DNA from: a virus | Reading direction: 5' to 3' (one strand) | Length of the DNA stretch: 64,000 nt | IMG/VR virus record: IMGVR_UViG_3300046804_004208 | Location: 39,862 to 103,861 of that record | Shown here: one piece after another, positions 47,643-56,107 of the stretch | How the letters are laid out: each line of letters opens with the position of its first letter | How positions within the stretch are numbered: position 1 is the first letter of the stretch | The notes under the pieces: generated by a model | What the model was told of the DNA's origin: nothing | The model's database searches: none | Seen by the model: the letters and a program-made list of their open reading frames with translations, nothing else | Translations under genes and position numbers: made by a program

Positions 47643-47803
47643 TGTTACCAAAGATACTTTTTCAGGATTCCAATTATGATGAATGGTGCGAACAGGAGAT
47701 CCTGAACGCATACAAAGAAGCAGCAGAGTGTGATGAATTTCTGTTTGGTGATTATGATTATGAAACGGAGTGGTTAGGTAAAAAAACTAATGATGTAAAC
47801 TGA
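47642..47803 (+). CDS. 53-aa acidic hypothetical protein
   Basis: MLPKILFQDSNYDEWCEQEILNAYKEAAECDEFLFGDYDYETEWLGKKTNDVN; true start may be further downstream. Confidence 0.55.
   Translation: MLPKILFQDSNYDEWCEQEILNAYKEAAECDEFLFGDYDYETEWLGKKTNDVN
47644..47679 (+). pseudogene. Displaced relic of the original nrdB 3' end
   Basis: GTT ACC AAA GAT ACT TTT TCA GGA TTC CAA TTA TGA = VTKDTFSGFQL*, aligning with the current tail VTANTFSNFQL*. Confidence 0.8.
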
Positions 47804-47828
47804 GGGTCAGAAGACCCTCTTTTTTTTT
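47802..47828 (+). terminator. Rho-independent terminator
   Basis: gagggtc-agaa-gaccctc plus long T-tract. Confidence 0.85.
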
Positions 47829-47865
47829 ATAAATATTCGTAGGAATTTCTATAAGTATAAAGAAA

Positions 47866-49350
47866 ATGCTGCCATCTGACATCAAAAATTTGTATAAATC
47901 ATATCAATCAATATATCAACAAGAAGAAGATGATATTTCTTCTGAAATGATTGAAGAGATTGTAGAAGAACTAGTAGAAGAATGCTTAGAGTTTGGATAT
48001 ACTCTTGATCAAGCAACTAATGCAGTATTGGAAGCATCGGAACTTTATTTTGATATTGAAGAACTTGAAGAAGCAAAAGTAACTTATGGTAGCGATACTG
48101 AGAGTCCAGAAGAAAGAACTGCAAGAGCAAAAGAAAGACTTGGTGGAAGAAAAGCAGCAGCACGTAAGGCAGCAGTACAAGGCGCTGTAGAGCGTGTTAA
48201 AACAAAGGCAAAGGGCATTAAGGCAGTTGCTGGAATTGCAGGTTCAATCGCCAAGGACGAAGCAAGGAGAGCAGGACGTGGCGCTCTTCATGCAGTTGGC
48301 AAAGCTGCTAGTGCTGTTGCAAGTGCTCCCGGTAAGGCAGTTAGAGCGGTCACAGACGCTGCTAGAGCGAAGAAGGAAGAAGTTAAGCAGGGCGTTAGGA
48401 GTCTGCTTGGAAGGGGTCTACGCAAGGCAGCAGGCGCTGCTGGTGCTGTTGCCCAGAAGGCACGTAAGGCAGGTGCTGCTGCTGGTAGAGCTGCTGAAAG
48501 ACTTGGTGAATCTTCAATTAATGAAGAACCATCTCTTGGTAATATAAAAGCAATGATGGCGGCACAGAGATCTGCACAAAATGCCGCAGGGATGAGAGGA
48601 CCTGAATTAACTCATGGTGCAAAACCAGCATCTACTGGATCTCCAAAAGCAGCAGGATCTGCAACATCAGGTTCTGCTGTAACTCAACCAAGAAGTAGAG
48701 AGTTTTCTCATGGCACTAAACCATTAAAATCAGTTGTAAGGGGTGGGCTTACAATGTCTTATGAACCAGAGGGTGAAATTGTTGATGAAAATGTTGGTGG
48801 GTCAGTAAAAATGAAACCAGGTTCTGGATTGGGTGGTGGAACTCCAGTTTATCGAAAAGGACAAGAACCAAAAGCAACTGGTGCGAAATTGCCAAGTCTT
48901 CAAAATGCACATTATGAATATAATGAAAATGATATTTATGATTTAGTTATGGAATACTTGCTTGATACTGAGCAGGCTGAAACAATTTCCGAAGCTCAAT
49001 ATATTATGTCAAAAATGGATGTTGAAATGATTATTAATATCGTTGAAGAAACAACGACTGAAAAACTTGCAAGAAGAGCAAGCGAAAAAGCAAACGAACC
49101 AGGTGCAAAGACAGAATATAAGCCTCAAGGTCCTGGATTCAAAAATCCAAGATCAAAAGCATCAATCATGAATCAAATTGCAGGAAGAGCAGAAACAAGA
49201 TCACAGCATGGTGTAGATTCTCAATATGGTGAGGGAACTCCTCAACATAGTGAGCAACCAAGACGTGGTGGAAGGTCTGGTAGAGGGTCTAAAACTGATA
49301 GACCAGGAACTGCAAATATGTCAAATCCAAATAGAAAACCAAAAAATTGA
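47866..49350 (+). CDS. Modular late protein (EAY..IY family), Ala/Lys/Arg-rich
   Basis: Late promoter at 47828; YKSYQSIY, MSYEPEGE, LQNAHY and EYLLDTEQAETISEAQYIMSKM. Confidence 0.8.
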   Translation: MLPSDIKNLYKSYQSIYQQEEDDISSEMIEEIVEELVEECLEFGYTLDQATNAVLEASELYFDIEELEEAKVTYGSDTESPEERTARAKERLGGRKAAARKAAVQGAVERVKTKAKGIKAVAGIAGSIAKDEARRAGRGALHAVGKAASAVASAPGKAVRAVTDAARAKKEEVKQGVRSLLGRGLRKAAGAAGAVAQKARKAGAAAGRAAERLGESSINEEPSLGNIKAMMAAQRSAQNAAGMRGPELTHGAKPASTGSPKAAGSATSGSAVTQPRSREFSHGTKPLKSVVRGGLTMSYEPEGEIVDENVGGSVKMKPGSGLGGGTPVYRKGQEPKATGAKLPSLQNAHYEYNENDIYDLVMEYLLDTEQAETISEAQYIMSKMDVEMIINIVEETTTEKLARRASEKANEPGAKTEYKPQGPGFKNPRSKASIMNQIAGRAETRSQHGVDSQYGEGTPQHSEQPRRGGRSGRGSKTDRPGTANMSNPNRKPKN

Positions 49351-49366
49351 TTTTAATTTGCATATT

Positions 49367-49391
49367 AGGGAGGGTAATTCCTCCCTTTTTT
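49367..49391. terminator. Terminator between convergent genes
   Basis: gggagggtaattcctcccttttt hairpin. Confidence 0.75.
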
Positions 49392-49392
49392 A

Positions 49393-49725
49393 TTATCTAG
49401 TTACTGCTTTTTTAACAAATACTTCCCCTTCAATTACTCTTGTTTTAATACCTGATTTTATCAATACCAAGTCATATTGATAAACTCCAGGTTTTATTTG
49501 TGATGTTTGTGTTGCTGCCAATGCTACTTTAACTTCTCCAGTCTCTTGATTCGGAAAAGAAACAGTAAATGATACAGAAGAATCAGAATCACTATTCTTC
49601 TTTATTTTCGATGAAACAGTATATCCAACAAGATTAAGAGGGGAATTGTCAACATTTGCTAGTTCAAATGTTTGTTCAAAATCTACATCAGTATATATTA
49701 CAAGATTTGATATGTAAATTGCCAT
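49393..49725 (-). CDS. Putative virion/baseplate accessory protein (BppU N-terminal-like)
   Basis: DFEQTF...NLVGY...G.YQYDLVL...RVIEG. Confidence 0.75.
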   Translation of the reverse strand: MAIYISNLVIYTDVDFEQTFELANVDNSPLNLVGYTVSSKIKKNSDSDSSVSFTVSFPNQETGEVKVALAATQTSQIKPGVYQYDLVLIKSGIKTRVIEGEVFVKKAVTR

Positions 49726-49732
49726 TTTTTTT

Positions 49733-50074
49733 TTATGCGGTGATTCCAGATCTTACAAAAATCATACCTTCCATAATTATAGATTTTTTTCCAGTTACAT
49801 TATTTTTGAAGACGACATCATAAACATATCTTCCTTCTTTAATATTTGTTGTGATAGTAGATCCCAAAGATAATGTTAACTTTCCAGCAGAGGGGTTGCT
49901 AAAACTTATTCCAAATCCAGCGACAATATTTTTAGATTCTGAATGTTTTCTAATATATGATGAAATTCCATACCCACTTAAACTTATAGGAATATCTTCT
50001 GTAGTTTCAATATTTAAACTTTGAGAGAAATCAGATCCTTGATTAATAATAAAATTTCTGACGTATACTGTCAT
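49733..50074 (-). CDS. Putative virion/baseplate accessory protein, paralog of the adjacent gene
   Basis: QGSDFSQ...SLSGY...GRYVYDVV...IMEG. Confidence 0.75.
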   Translation of the reverse strand: MTVYVRNFIINQGSDFSQSLNIETTEDIPISLSGYGISSYIRKHSESKNIVAGFGISFSNPSAGKLTLSLGSTITTNIKEGRYVYDVVFKNNVTGKKSIIMEGMIFVRSGITA

Positions 50075-50108
50075 TATTATAAGACTTTATTGAATATTTA
50101 TCAACCCC

Positions 50109-50137
50109 TTGACAAATACTTAAATCATAAGTAGAAT
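50109..50137 (+). promoter_or_regulatory. sigma70-type promoter
   Basis: TTGACA-17-TAGAAT. Confidence 0.6.
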
Positions 50138-50187
50138 CGCTTTGCTAGGGTTGAAGGATAAATAATAACTCATAAAGATTCTATAAT

Positions 50188-50649
50188 ATGAGTTATGAAA
50201 ACCCTTGGAGATTCAATGGGGAAATTTTTGAGTCTTCTGATATTCAAGATAATTTTGGTTTTGTATACCTTATATCTTGTAGTAAGAATAATCGTAAATA
50301 TTGGGGTAGGAAATATTTCTGGTCTTACCGCACACCAAAGGGCAAATCTAGAAGAGTTAAACAAGAGTCTGATTGGAAGCAGTACTACGGATCTTGTCCA
50401 GAACTCAAAGAAGATATAAAAAAATATGGAAAAGAATGTTTTCAAAGGCAAATAATAAGTCTTCATAAGTCAAAAGGTGACTGTAATTACGAAGAAACAA
50501 AGCAGCTTTTCCTAAATAATGTATTGAAAGAGTCTCTTGACGATGGAACGCCAGCGTACTACAATAGCAATATTCTAGGACGCTACATGCGAAAAGATTA
50601 TGGTAACTTTGGAACAAACTCTTCGCCAAACACACGATTGGGCAATTGA
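50188..50649 (+). CDS. GIY-YIG endonuclease (short, conserved T4-like type)
   Basis: FGFVYLI...KYWGRK, ESDWKQYYGS and YYNSNI; no NUMOD tail. Confidence 0.8.
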   Translation: MSYENPWRFNGEIFESSDIQDNFGFVYLISCSKNNRKYWGRKYFWSYRTPKGKSRRVKQESDWKQYYGSCPELKEDIKKYGKECFQRQIISLHKSKGDCNYEETKQLFLNNVLKESLDDGTPAYYNSNILGRYMRKDYGNFGTNSSPNTRLGN

Positions 50650-50797
50650 TCGTATTCATACTCTATGTGAAAAAAATATTGATAATGCCCATGCGATTCA
50701 ATCTGAATTTAGTGAGTGGTTGAATCCGGATATTTTAAATCATGATATTTTTTCATTAGAGTACATAGGAGAAGAAGATGACATTAGATCTTCATAA
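50600..50797 (+). CDS. Hypothetical protein
   Basis: 65-aa ORF overlapping both neighbours. Confidence 0.6.
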   Translation: MVTLEQTLRQTHDWAIDRIHTLCEKNIDNAHAIQSEFSEWLNPDILNHDIFSLEYIGEEDDIRSS

Positions 50798-51449
50798 CTT
50801 TTTTAAGTATTATGATGATAAGAACCCTAACCATGTTGCTGCGGTTCAATGGTTAGAGGATAATCTTCCAGAAAAATTTTTAGATGATGCACAATCAGAT
50901 TGGGTAAGTATTTTTAGAACTGCTCCGCCAACTCCTGCAGTTCTGGATGTTCCATACTTCAATCAGGTAGACAACTATAGAGATGCACATAGAACTTGCA
51001 ACTCTTCATCGTGTGCTATGTGCCTTGCTTTCCTCAAGCCAGGAAGCATTAAAGGTGATGATGAATACGTTAAGAAAGTATTTGCAATTGGTGACACAAC
51101 TGACCATGCCGTACAGACAAAAGTTCTTGCAGGTTATGGAGTTAAGTCACACTTTAGTTACAATCTTTCTTTTGCTGATATTGATAAGAGCCTTGATAGA
51201 GGCAAACCTGTTGTTATTGGTATTCTGCACAGGGGTTCTTTATCTGCACCTACTGGTGGGCATATGTGTGTTGTAATTGGTAAAACTCCTGATGGTAAGG
51301 GGTATTATGTAAATGATCCTTATGGTTCTTTAAACGATAATTATTCAGGTCCTGTGACTAACGGTAAGAAGACCATCTACACAAAAGCAGTTCTTAAGCA
51401 CCGTTGGTGTCCAGGAGGCAATGATGGGTGGGGAAGGATCTTCGACTAA
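50778..51449 (+). CDS. C39-like cysteine peptidase with shared N-terminal domain
   Basis: LDVPYFNQ, CNSSSCAM, GGHMCVVIG and VNDPYG (Cys-His-Asp triad). Confidence 0.88.
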   Translation: MTLDLHNFFKYYDDKNPNHVAAVQWLEDNLPEKFLDDAQSDWVSIFRTAPPTPAVLDVPYFNQVDNYRDAHRTCNSSSCAMCLAFLKPGSIKGDDEYVKKVFAIGDTTDHAVQTKVLAGYGVKSHFSYNLSFADIDKSLDRGKPVVIGILHRGSLSAPTGGHMCVVIGKTPDGKGYYVNDPYGSLNDNYSGPVTNGKKTIYTKAVLKHRWCPGGNDGWGRIFD

Positions 51450-51561
51450 TTTTAAAGCTAAGATGCTTAAGGTAATTAAGGATCTTACAAACAACGGAAA
51501 ACATAAGGAAGCAAACGAACTCTATCAAAAGTATTTCGGAGGAAACGATGGCAAGAGTTGA
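51421..51561 (+). CDS. Small hypothetical protein
   Basis: MMGGEGSSTNFKAKMLKVIKDLTNNGKHKEANELYQKYFGGNDGKS fills the gap between genes; start uncertain. Confidence 0.5.
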   Translation: MMGGEGSSTNFKAKMLKVIKDLTNNGKHKEANELYQKYFGGNDGKS

Positions 51562-51769
51562 TCTACATAACTTTTTTAAATTTTATGATGATAGAAACCC
51601 AAGTCATATCAAGGCAGTTCAATGGTTAGAAGACAATCTTCCTAATGATTATCTTGAAGATAATGCTGATTGGGCAGAAATTTATAGAGGTAAGGGTGGT
51701 GGATCATCTGCTGCTTCTGCTCCTGCTGGAGATGTATGTCCACATTGTGGTAAATCTCTGGGAAAGTAA
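51548..51769 (+). CDS. Shared N-terminal domain protein (0-frame product of the frameshift gene)
   Basis: GGAGG RBS; DLHNFFKFYDDRNPSHIKAVQWLEDNLP matches N-terminus of ORF 50778; CPHC; ends G GGA AAG TAA. Confidence 0.85.
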   Translation: MARVDLHNFFKFYDDRNPSHIKAVQWLEDNLPNDYLEDNADWAEIYRGKGGGSSAASAPAGDVCPHCGKSLGK

Positions 51770-51803
51770 GTAGCGGCAGTGGTGCTTCTGCTCCTGCTGT
51801 CGC
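51760..51803 (+). other. Putative programmed -1 ribosomal frameshift signal
   Basis: GGGAAAG heptamer in X XXY YYZ phase, 6-nt spacer, hairpin closed by GCGGCAG/CTGTCGC. Confidence 0.8.
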
Positions 51804-52281
51804 AAGTGGTGCTGACGATGTTCCAATGATGGGCATTAAGTTAATCAAGGAATTTGAAGGATGTCATTTATCGGCATATCCTGATCCTTTAACTGGTGGT
51901 CTTCCAATCACGATTGGTTGGGGTTCTACTAGAAATAAGAATGGGCAACCATTCCAAATGGGTGATAAGATTACCCAGCAAGAAGCAGATGAACTGCTAA
52001 TCAGTCAGTGCAAGAATCAATTCCTTCCTGCACTACGTAAAATCCCACATTGGAACGAGATGTCAGATGGAAAAAGAGGAGCTTTGCTCAGCTTTGCTTA
52101 TAATCTTGGTGCCGGTTTTTACGGTGGTGATAACTTTAATACTATTACTAAACGCTTGAAGAATAAAGAATGGGACTTAGTTCCCGATGCTTTATACCTA
52201 TACAGAAATCCTGGTTCAAATGTAGAAGCAGGACTTGCACGTAGGAGAAAAGCAGAAGGTGAAGCTTGGAAAAAAGGTTAA
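51760..52281 (+). CDS. GH24 lysozyme (endolysin) domain, -1 frame continuation of ORF 51548
   Basis: IKEFEG...YPDP...TIGWGST, ALLSFAYNLG and GLARRRKAE; frame open from 51754. Confidence 0.9.
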   Translation, partial: GKVSSGSGASAPAVASGADDVPMMGIKLIKEFEGCHLSAYPDPLTGGLPITIGWGSTRNKNGQPFQMGDKITQQEADELLISQCKNQFLPALRKIPHWNEMSDGKRGALLSFAYNLGAGFYGGDNFNTITKRLKNKEWDLVPDALYLYRNPGSNVEAGLARRRKAEGEAWKKG

Positions 52282-52299
52282 CTTCACTTACTACCTAAA

Positions 52300-52716
52300 A
52301 TGGACAACAAAACTAAAAAAAGGGAAACTTGTATGAACACAGTGATCCGTGTTGCTATTCTTGGTTGGGCTGCTGCTCTTTTGACTGCAAGTTATGCAGG
52401 TGCTTTATCTAAGATGGACCCAACATTTATTGCGACTGTCTTTACAGCATCAGCTGCTACCTTTGGTATTAATACTATGAAGAAAGGTGATGACGATGAT
52501 GATAAAAAAGAAGAACCAAAAAGGGAAGAGTTTGTAGAAACTCCTCCTACACCACCAGAACCAGTTTGGGAAGAACCAGTTCAAAGAAGAACTGAAGAAC
52601 TACCTTTAGTTGATACTGGTTACTCTGAAGCATCAGATTCTTCACTTGAAGAACGAGTTGAAGCACTTGAAGCAAAAGTTGATGAAGAAAAACCATTTCA
52701 AAGAGGAGACCTCTGA
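52300..52716 (+). CDS. Two-TM membrane protein with acidic tail (holin candidate)
   Basis: Two hydrophobic helices; directly follows the endolysin. Confidence 0.55.
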   Translation: MDNKTKKRETCMNTVIRVAILGWAAALLTASYAGALSKMDPTFIATVFTASAATFGINTMKKGDDDDDKKEEPKREEFVETPPTPPEPVWEEPVQRRTEELPLVDTGYSEASDSSLEERVEALEAKVDEEKPFQRGDL

Positions 52717-52823
52717 TGTCTAAGTCACCTAATAAAGGTAAGAAAGGTTCTGCTAATAATAAGAAGCAGAATTCGGGTAATGCAACTGCCAAAAAGGCAA
52801 AAAATGGAGGTAAGAAAAAGTAA
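52716..52823 (+). CDS. 35-aa Lys/Asn/Gly-rich basic peptide
   Basis: MSKSPNKGKKGSANNKKQNSGNATAKKAKNGGKKK; GAGGAG RBS; coupled start and stop. Confidence 0.55.
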   Translation: MSKSPNKGKKGSANNKKQNSGNATAKKAKNGGKKK

Positions 52824-52923
52824 TGTTACTAGAAATTTTAATTGCTGGTAATGTTATGATTGGACCAAATTTATGTCAAGTTGACTATATTCATAATGGA
52901 CAACTTTATACTGCTGAATACAA

Positions 52924-53124
52924 ATGCCACGAGAATGGAACACTCCTAAAAGAGAGTGTTGGAACGGACCAATCCACAACATTCTGAAAGCAATAGATAA
53001 TCACACCCGCCTTCATATGGAGACGGGTGATTTTTGGCATGAAGAACAGGCCCAGATGTTGAGAAAGTATGTAAAAGACTTGAAAGTCTGGATACACAAA
53101 CAAGAAGGATGGTGGGATGAATGA
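52924..53124 (+). CDS. Hypothetical protein
   Basis: 66-aa Trp/His-rich ORF coupled to next gene. Confidence 0.65.
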   Translation: MPREWNTPKRECWNGPIHNILKAIDNHTRLHMETGDFWHEEQAQMLRKYVKDLKVWIHKQEGWWDE

Positions 53125-53867
53125 AAAAATTCCTCACAGCAATCGGTTTATCTTTAACTTTAAGTCTTCCAGCAATCGCAAATTCACTTCAACCAAAACA
53201 ACCTACAGTAAGACCTTATAGTTTAGAGGCAATGGGTTGTATGATACTTTTAGAATGCACTGAAGGTATAGAAAAATTATCAGCAGAAACAGAATTTTTA
53301 AAAGACCCAGACTTTGATCCTTTCAGAGAAGAAATAGTTAGGATTATAACTGCTCTTAATAAACTTGAAGTCCCTGTTTATGTTGCTCCAGAAAGATATT
53401 TTACGCCAAGAACTGTAGGACTTTATAAACCAAACTACAATCGTTTCTTCATCAATGAAACTCTATTAAAGGATGAAAGAGAGTTTCTTGGAACTCTAAG
53501 ACATGAAGGTTGGCATGTTGTTCAAGATGCTATGGGTGGTGGATTAAATACTGCATTTATGGCACAAGTTCATCAGGATAGTGAAATACCTGCTTGGGTG
53601 ATGAAAAATACAAGATTAACTTATGAGTCAATGATGCAGAGTCGTGCAGTTCCTTGGGAGGCAGATGCAAACTGGGCAGAGGAGCAACTCAATCAAACTG
53701 CTAGATATCTTGAAATGGCAGCAGAAAGACCATTATGGGAACAAGTTGCACCAACTCCACTTACAAAAGATTGGTTGATTGGATGTGGGTGGATGAAACC
53801 ACAAGATGGTTTGTATCCTTATTATCCAAACAAAAAAGTTCAGTATTGCACAGAGGGTAAGTATTAA
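53121..53867 (+). CDS. Exported zinc metallopeptidase-like protein
   Basis: N-terminal signal peptide; LRHEGWHVVQD (HExxH) and downstream EADA. Confidence 0.75.
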   Translation: MKKFLTAIGLSLTLSLPAIANSLQPKQPTVRPYSLEAMGCMILLECTEGIEKLSAETEFLKDPDFDPFREEIVRIITALNKLEVPVYVAPERYFTPRTVGLYKPNYNRFFINETLLKDEREFLGTLRHEGWHVVQDAMGGGLNTAFMAQVHQDSEIPAWVMKNTRLTYESMMQSRAVPWEADANWAEEQLNQTARYLEMAAERPLWEQVAPTPLTKDWLIGCGWMKPQDGLYPYYPNKKVQYCTEGKY

Positions 53868-54046
53868 TGGATCAGTTCCCTTGGGGAGTAGTTATAATAT
53901 TGTCTTGTGGACTTATTTTTACTGCTTACATAATTTACTACATATTAAAGTTAGCACACGAGGAGATGAAAAATGGTAAAGTGGATACATAAAGATGGTA
54001 AATCTAGACCAGACAAAAGAACACTTAAAAAAGGTGGTAAGAAAAA

Positions 54047-54268
54047 ATGAAACATCTAAGTCTGATACTATCAATCACGAGTCTAAGCATTAGTGCTGCG
54101 ATTGGTGTGGGAGCATATATCACATATCAAAAAGCACAGAAGATTTTAGATAATCCAGAAGAGTTTGTTGGTGCTGTTGTAGAGAAACAAGTCTCTAAAG
54201 CATTTGAAAAATTACCGATTCCAGGCATCTCAAAACTAAATAAGAAAGAGTTTAGATTACCATTCTAA
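54047..54268 (+). CDS. Small membrane protein
   Basis: N-terminal TM helix. Confidence 0.65.
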   Translation: MKHLSLILSITSLSISAAIGVGAYITYQKAQKILDNPEEFVGAVVEKQVSKAFEKLPIPGISKLNKKEFRLPF

Positions 54269-54699
54269 TGTCGGAAAAGGATCCATACGTTTATAGAATT
54301 AAATCAGTTGGTAGAGTTGTAGATGGCGATACCATTGATGCTGACATTGATTTGGGGTTTGATATCAGTCTCACTAAGCGAATTCGTCTTGCTGGAGTTG
54401 ATACGCCAGAAAGCAGAACAACAGATAAAGCAGAAAAAGCACTTGGATTAGATGCTAAACATTGGTTGAAGCATCGTTTAGAAGAAGCAAAAGACATTAT
54501 TATTCGCACACAACTTCCAGACTCTACTGAGAAGTATGGAAGAATTATTGGACAACTTTATATCAATGGTGAAGATGCTTCTCTCAATAATCAAATGATT
54601 AGTGAAGGATATGCTCTTGCTTATGATGGTGGAACAAAGGATAAGAACTGGGAACCACTTAAAGAAATCAGAAGGAAAAACGGAACTCTTGTAGAATGA
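54268..54699 (+). CDS. Thermonuclease (SNase-family) protein
   Basis: VVDGDT, IRLAGVDTPE, KYGRIIG and MISEGYA. Confidence 0.9.
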   Translation: MSEKDPYVYRIKSVGRVVDGDTIDADIDLGFDISLTKRIRLAGVDTPESRTTDKAEKALGLDAKHWLKHRLEEAKDIIIRTQLPDSTEKYGRIIGQLYINGEDASLNNQMISEGYALAYDGGTKDKNWEPLKEIRRKNGTLVE

Positions 54700-54896
54700 T
54701 TTATTTCAATATTGTTAGACTATTCATTATTATCTGGGCAGCATTTATGATTTCTGCTGTTGAATCTGTTGCCATTAGAACAGAAGGGCAGGTAGAACTG
54801 GAAAGTACAAGTCGTGATGCTTATGCTAAAGTGCTTGTTCTTGCAGTCGGTTCTTTTCTTGGTGATGCTGCTTTTAAGTTAAAGAATAAAAAATGA
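54696..54896 (+). CDS. Small membrane protein
   Basis: Two hydrophobic segments; ATGA coupling. Confidence 0.55.
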   Translation: MIYFNIVRLFIIIWAAFMISAVESVAIRTEGQVELESTSRDAYAKVLVLAVGSFLGDAAFKLKNKK

Positions 54897-55126
54897 AACT
54901 TCTTATCTTAGATGCATTGATAGTTCTAAGATTATTAACGAATGATGGTATGATGCTTGAGAATAGAAGACCTATTCCTAAAAGACAACCACCAGAGGTG
55001 ATCCGTTTTGTTAGGAGACCAGCACAAAGAGGACGTAAAAAATCATTACAATTTGATATAACTTTATTAAATAGTAAAGATTTGTTTAAGGTGTTACAAA
55101 ATGACCACGGCACCAGCAAAAGATAA
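54893..55126 (+). CDS. Hypothetical protein
   Basis: ATGA coupling. Confidence 0.5.
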   Translation: MKLLILDALIVLRLLTNDGMMLENRRPIPKRQPPEVIRFVRRPAQRGRKKSLQFDITLLNSKDLFKVLQNDHGTSKR

Positions 55127-55231
55127 ACGTAAAGAAGAGAAGGATAATATCTTTCTTGAAATTCTTTCCAACGTTTTGATTCAATTACCAGTTATGATTA
55201 TTATGTGGATTATCTCTAAGTTTAATTGGGA

Positions 55232-56107
55232 TTAAATTGATAATCTAGCAGATAATTTTTTAGCAACTTTTTTAGCAGGGGCAAAGAGAGACTTAAATCT
55301 TTCTTTTCCTTCTTTTGTGAACTTATCTTTGATTACATCATCAATAATAATTTTGTTATCAATTTCATAGAGAGTATTGATTTCAACTTGGTCACGAATG
55401 TATTGTTCTACATTGGATACTTGTTCTACTAAACGTGTTCCATCGGCAGAATATTCAAATATATCAATATGTCCACCTTCTGCTAGGACATAATGTAGCA
55501 CTGGCTTGACTTGTTTGATTTTAATCTTAAACTTATTCTTTGTTGCTTCTTTGATGATTGGTTCTGCTGCATTCTTCAGAGCATTTAGAACAGTTGTTGA
55601 TGCTATCGTAGCAGCAGTTGTAACTACTGCGACAGCACCAGACGTAGCAACAAGAGAAGGATCAGGTAAATTAATATCGACTCCATATACAGAAAATGTG
55701 GGGGTTGTTGGTTTTTCTGCAGGTATTTCTGCAATAGGTGTTTGAGATGGAGGGGTTTGAGCAACCTGAGGAAGTTGAGGGGGAGGGGTAGTATCTGGTA
55801 ACCCTCTTTCTTTTGGTTTTTCTTCCTGTTGTTGCTTTTCTCTTTCTGCTTTTACTGCAGCATCAAACTCTGCTTGAGTTGGAACATTAATGACTGGATA
55901 TGGTATCCCTGTATTTGGTACATCAACAATAGGAACTTCTAACCCACGAACAACCGGTGCTTCAACACTACGAAGTGCTGGTTTTTCTATAGTAGAAATT
56001 ACAGAAGGACCAGCAATTCTATTGATATTTGAATTTGGAACATTAATCGGATTATTTCCGATTATAGGTCTTAAACTAGAAGCATCAATTGGTTTTATTG
56101 GTTCCAT
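55232..56107 (-). CDS. Pro-rich membrane-anchored protein
   Basis: Pro-rich region plus hydrophobic VATSGAVAVVTTAATIASTTVL; last gene of the minus-strand operon. Confidence 0.75.
   Translation of the reverse strand: MEPIKPIDASSLRPIIGNNPINVPNSNINRIAGPSVISTIEKPALRSVEAPVVRGLEVPIVDVPNTGIPYPVINVPTQAEFDAAVKAEREKQQQEEKPKERGLPDTTPPPQLPQVAQTPPSQTPIAEIPAEKPTTPTFSVYGVDINLPDPSLVATSGAVAVVTTAATIASTTVLNALKNAAEPIIKEATKNKFKIKIKQVKPVLHYVLAEGGHIDIFEYSADGTRLVEQVSNVEQYIRDQVEINTLYEIDNKIIIDDVIKDKFTKEGKERFKSLFAPAKKVAKKLSARLSI

Noticed and set aside
46400-47645. Group I intron in nrdB (as in T4)
   Set aside because: The insert is almost fully occupied by two ORFs, with no recognisable P/Q/R/S core or suitable U|...G| junctions, and nrdB already has a complete tail and stop
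50188-50649. A fourth mobile homing endonuclease
   Set aside because: Short GIY-YIG lacking a DNA-binding tail; resembles a conserved T4-like core nuclease, so annotated as a CDS
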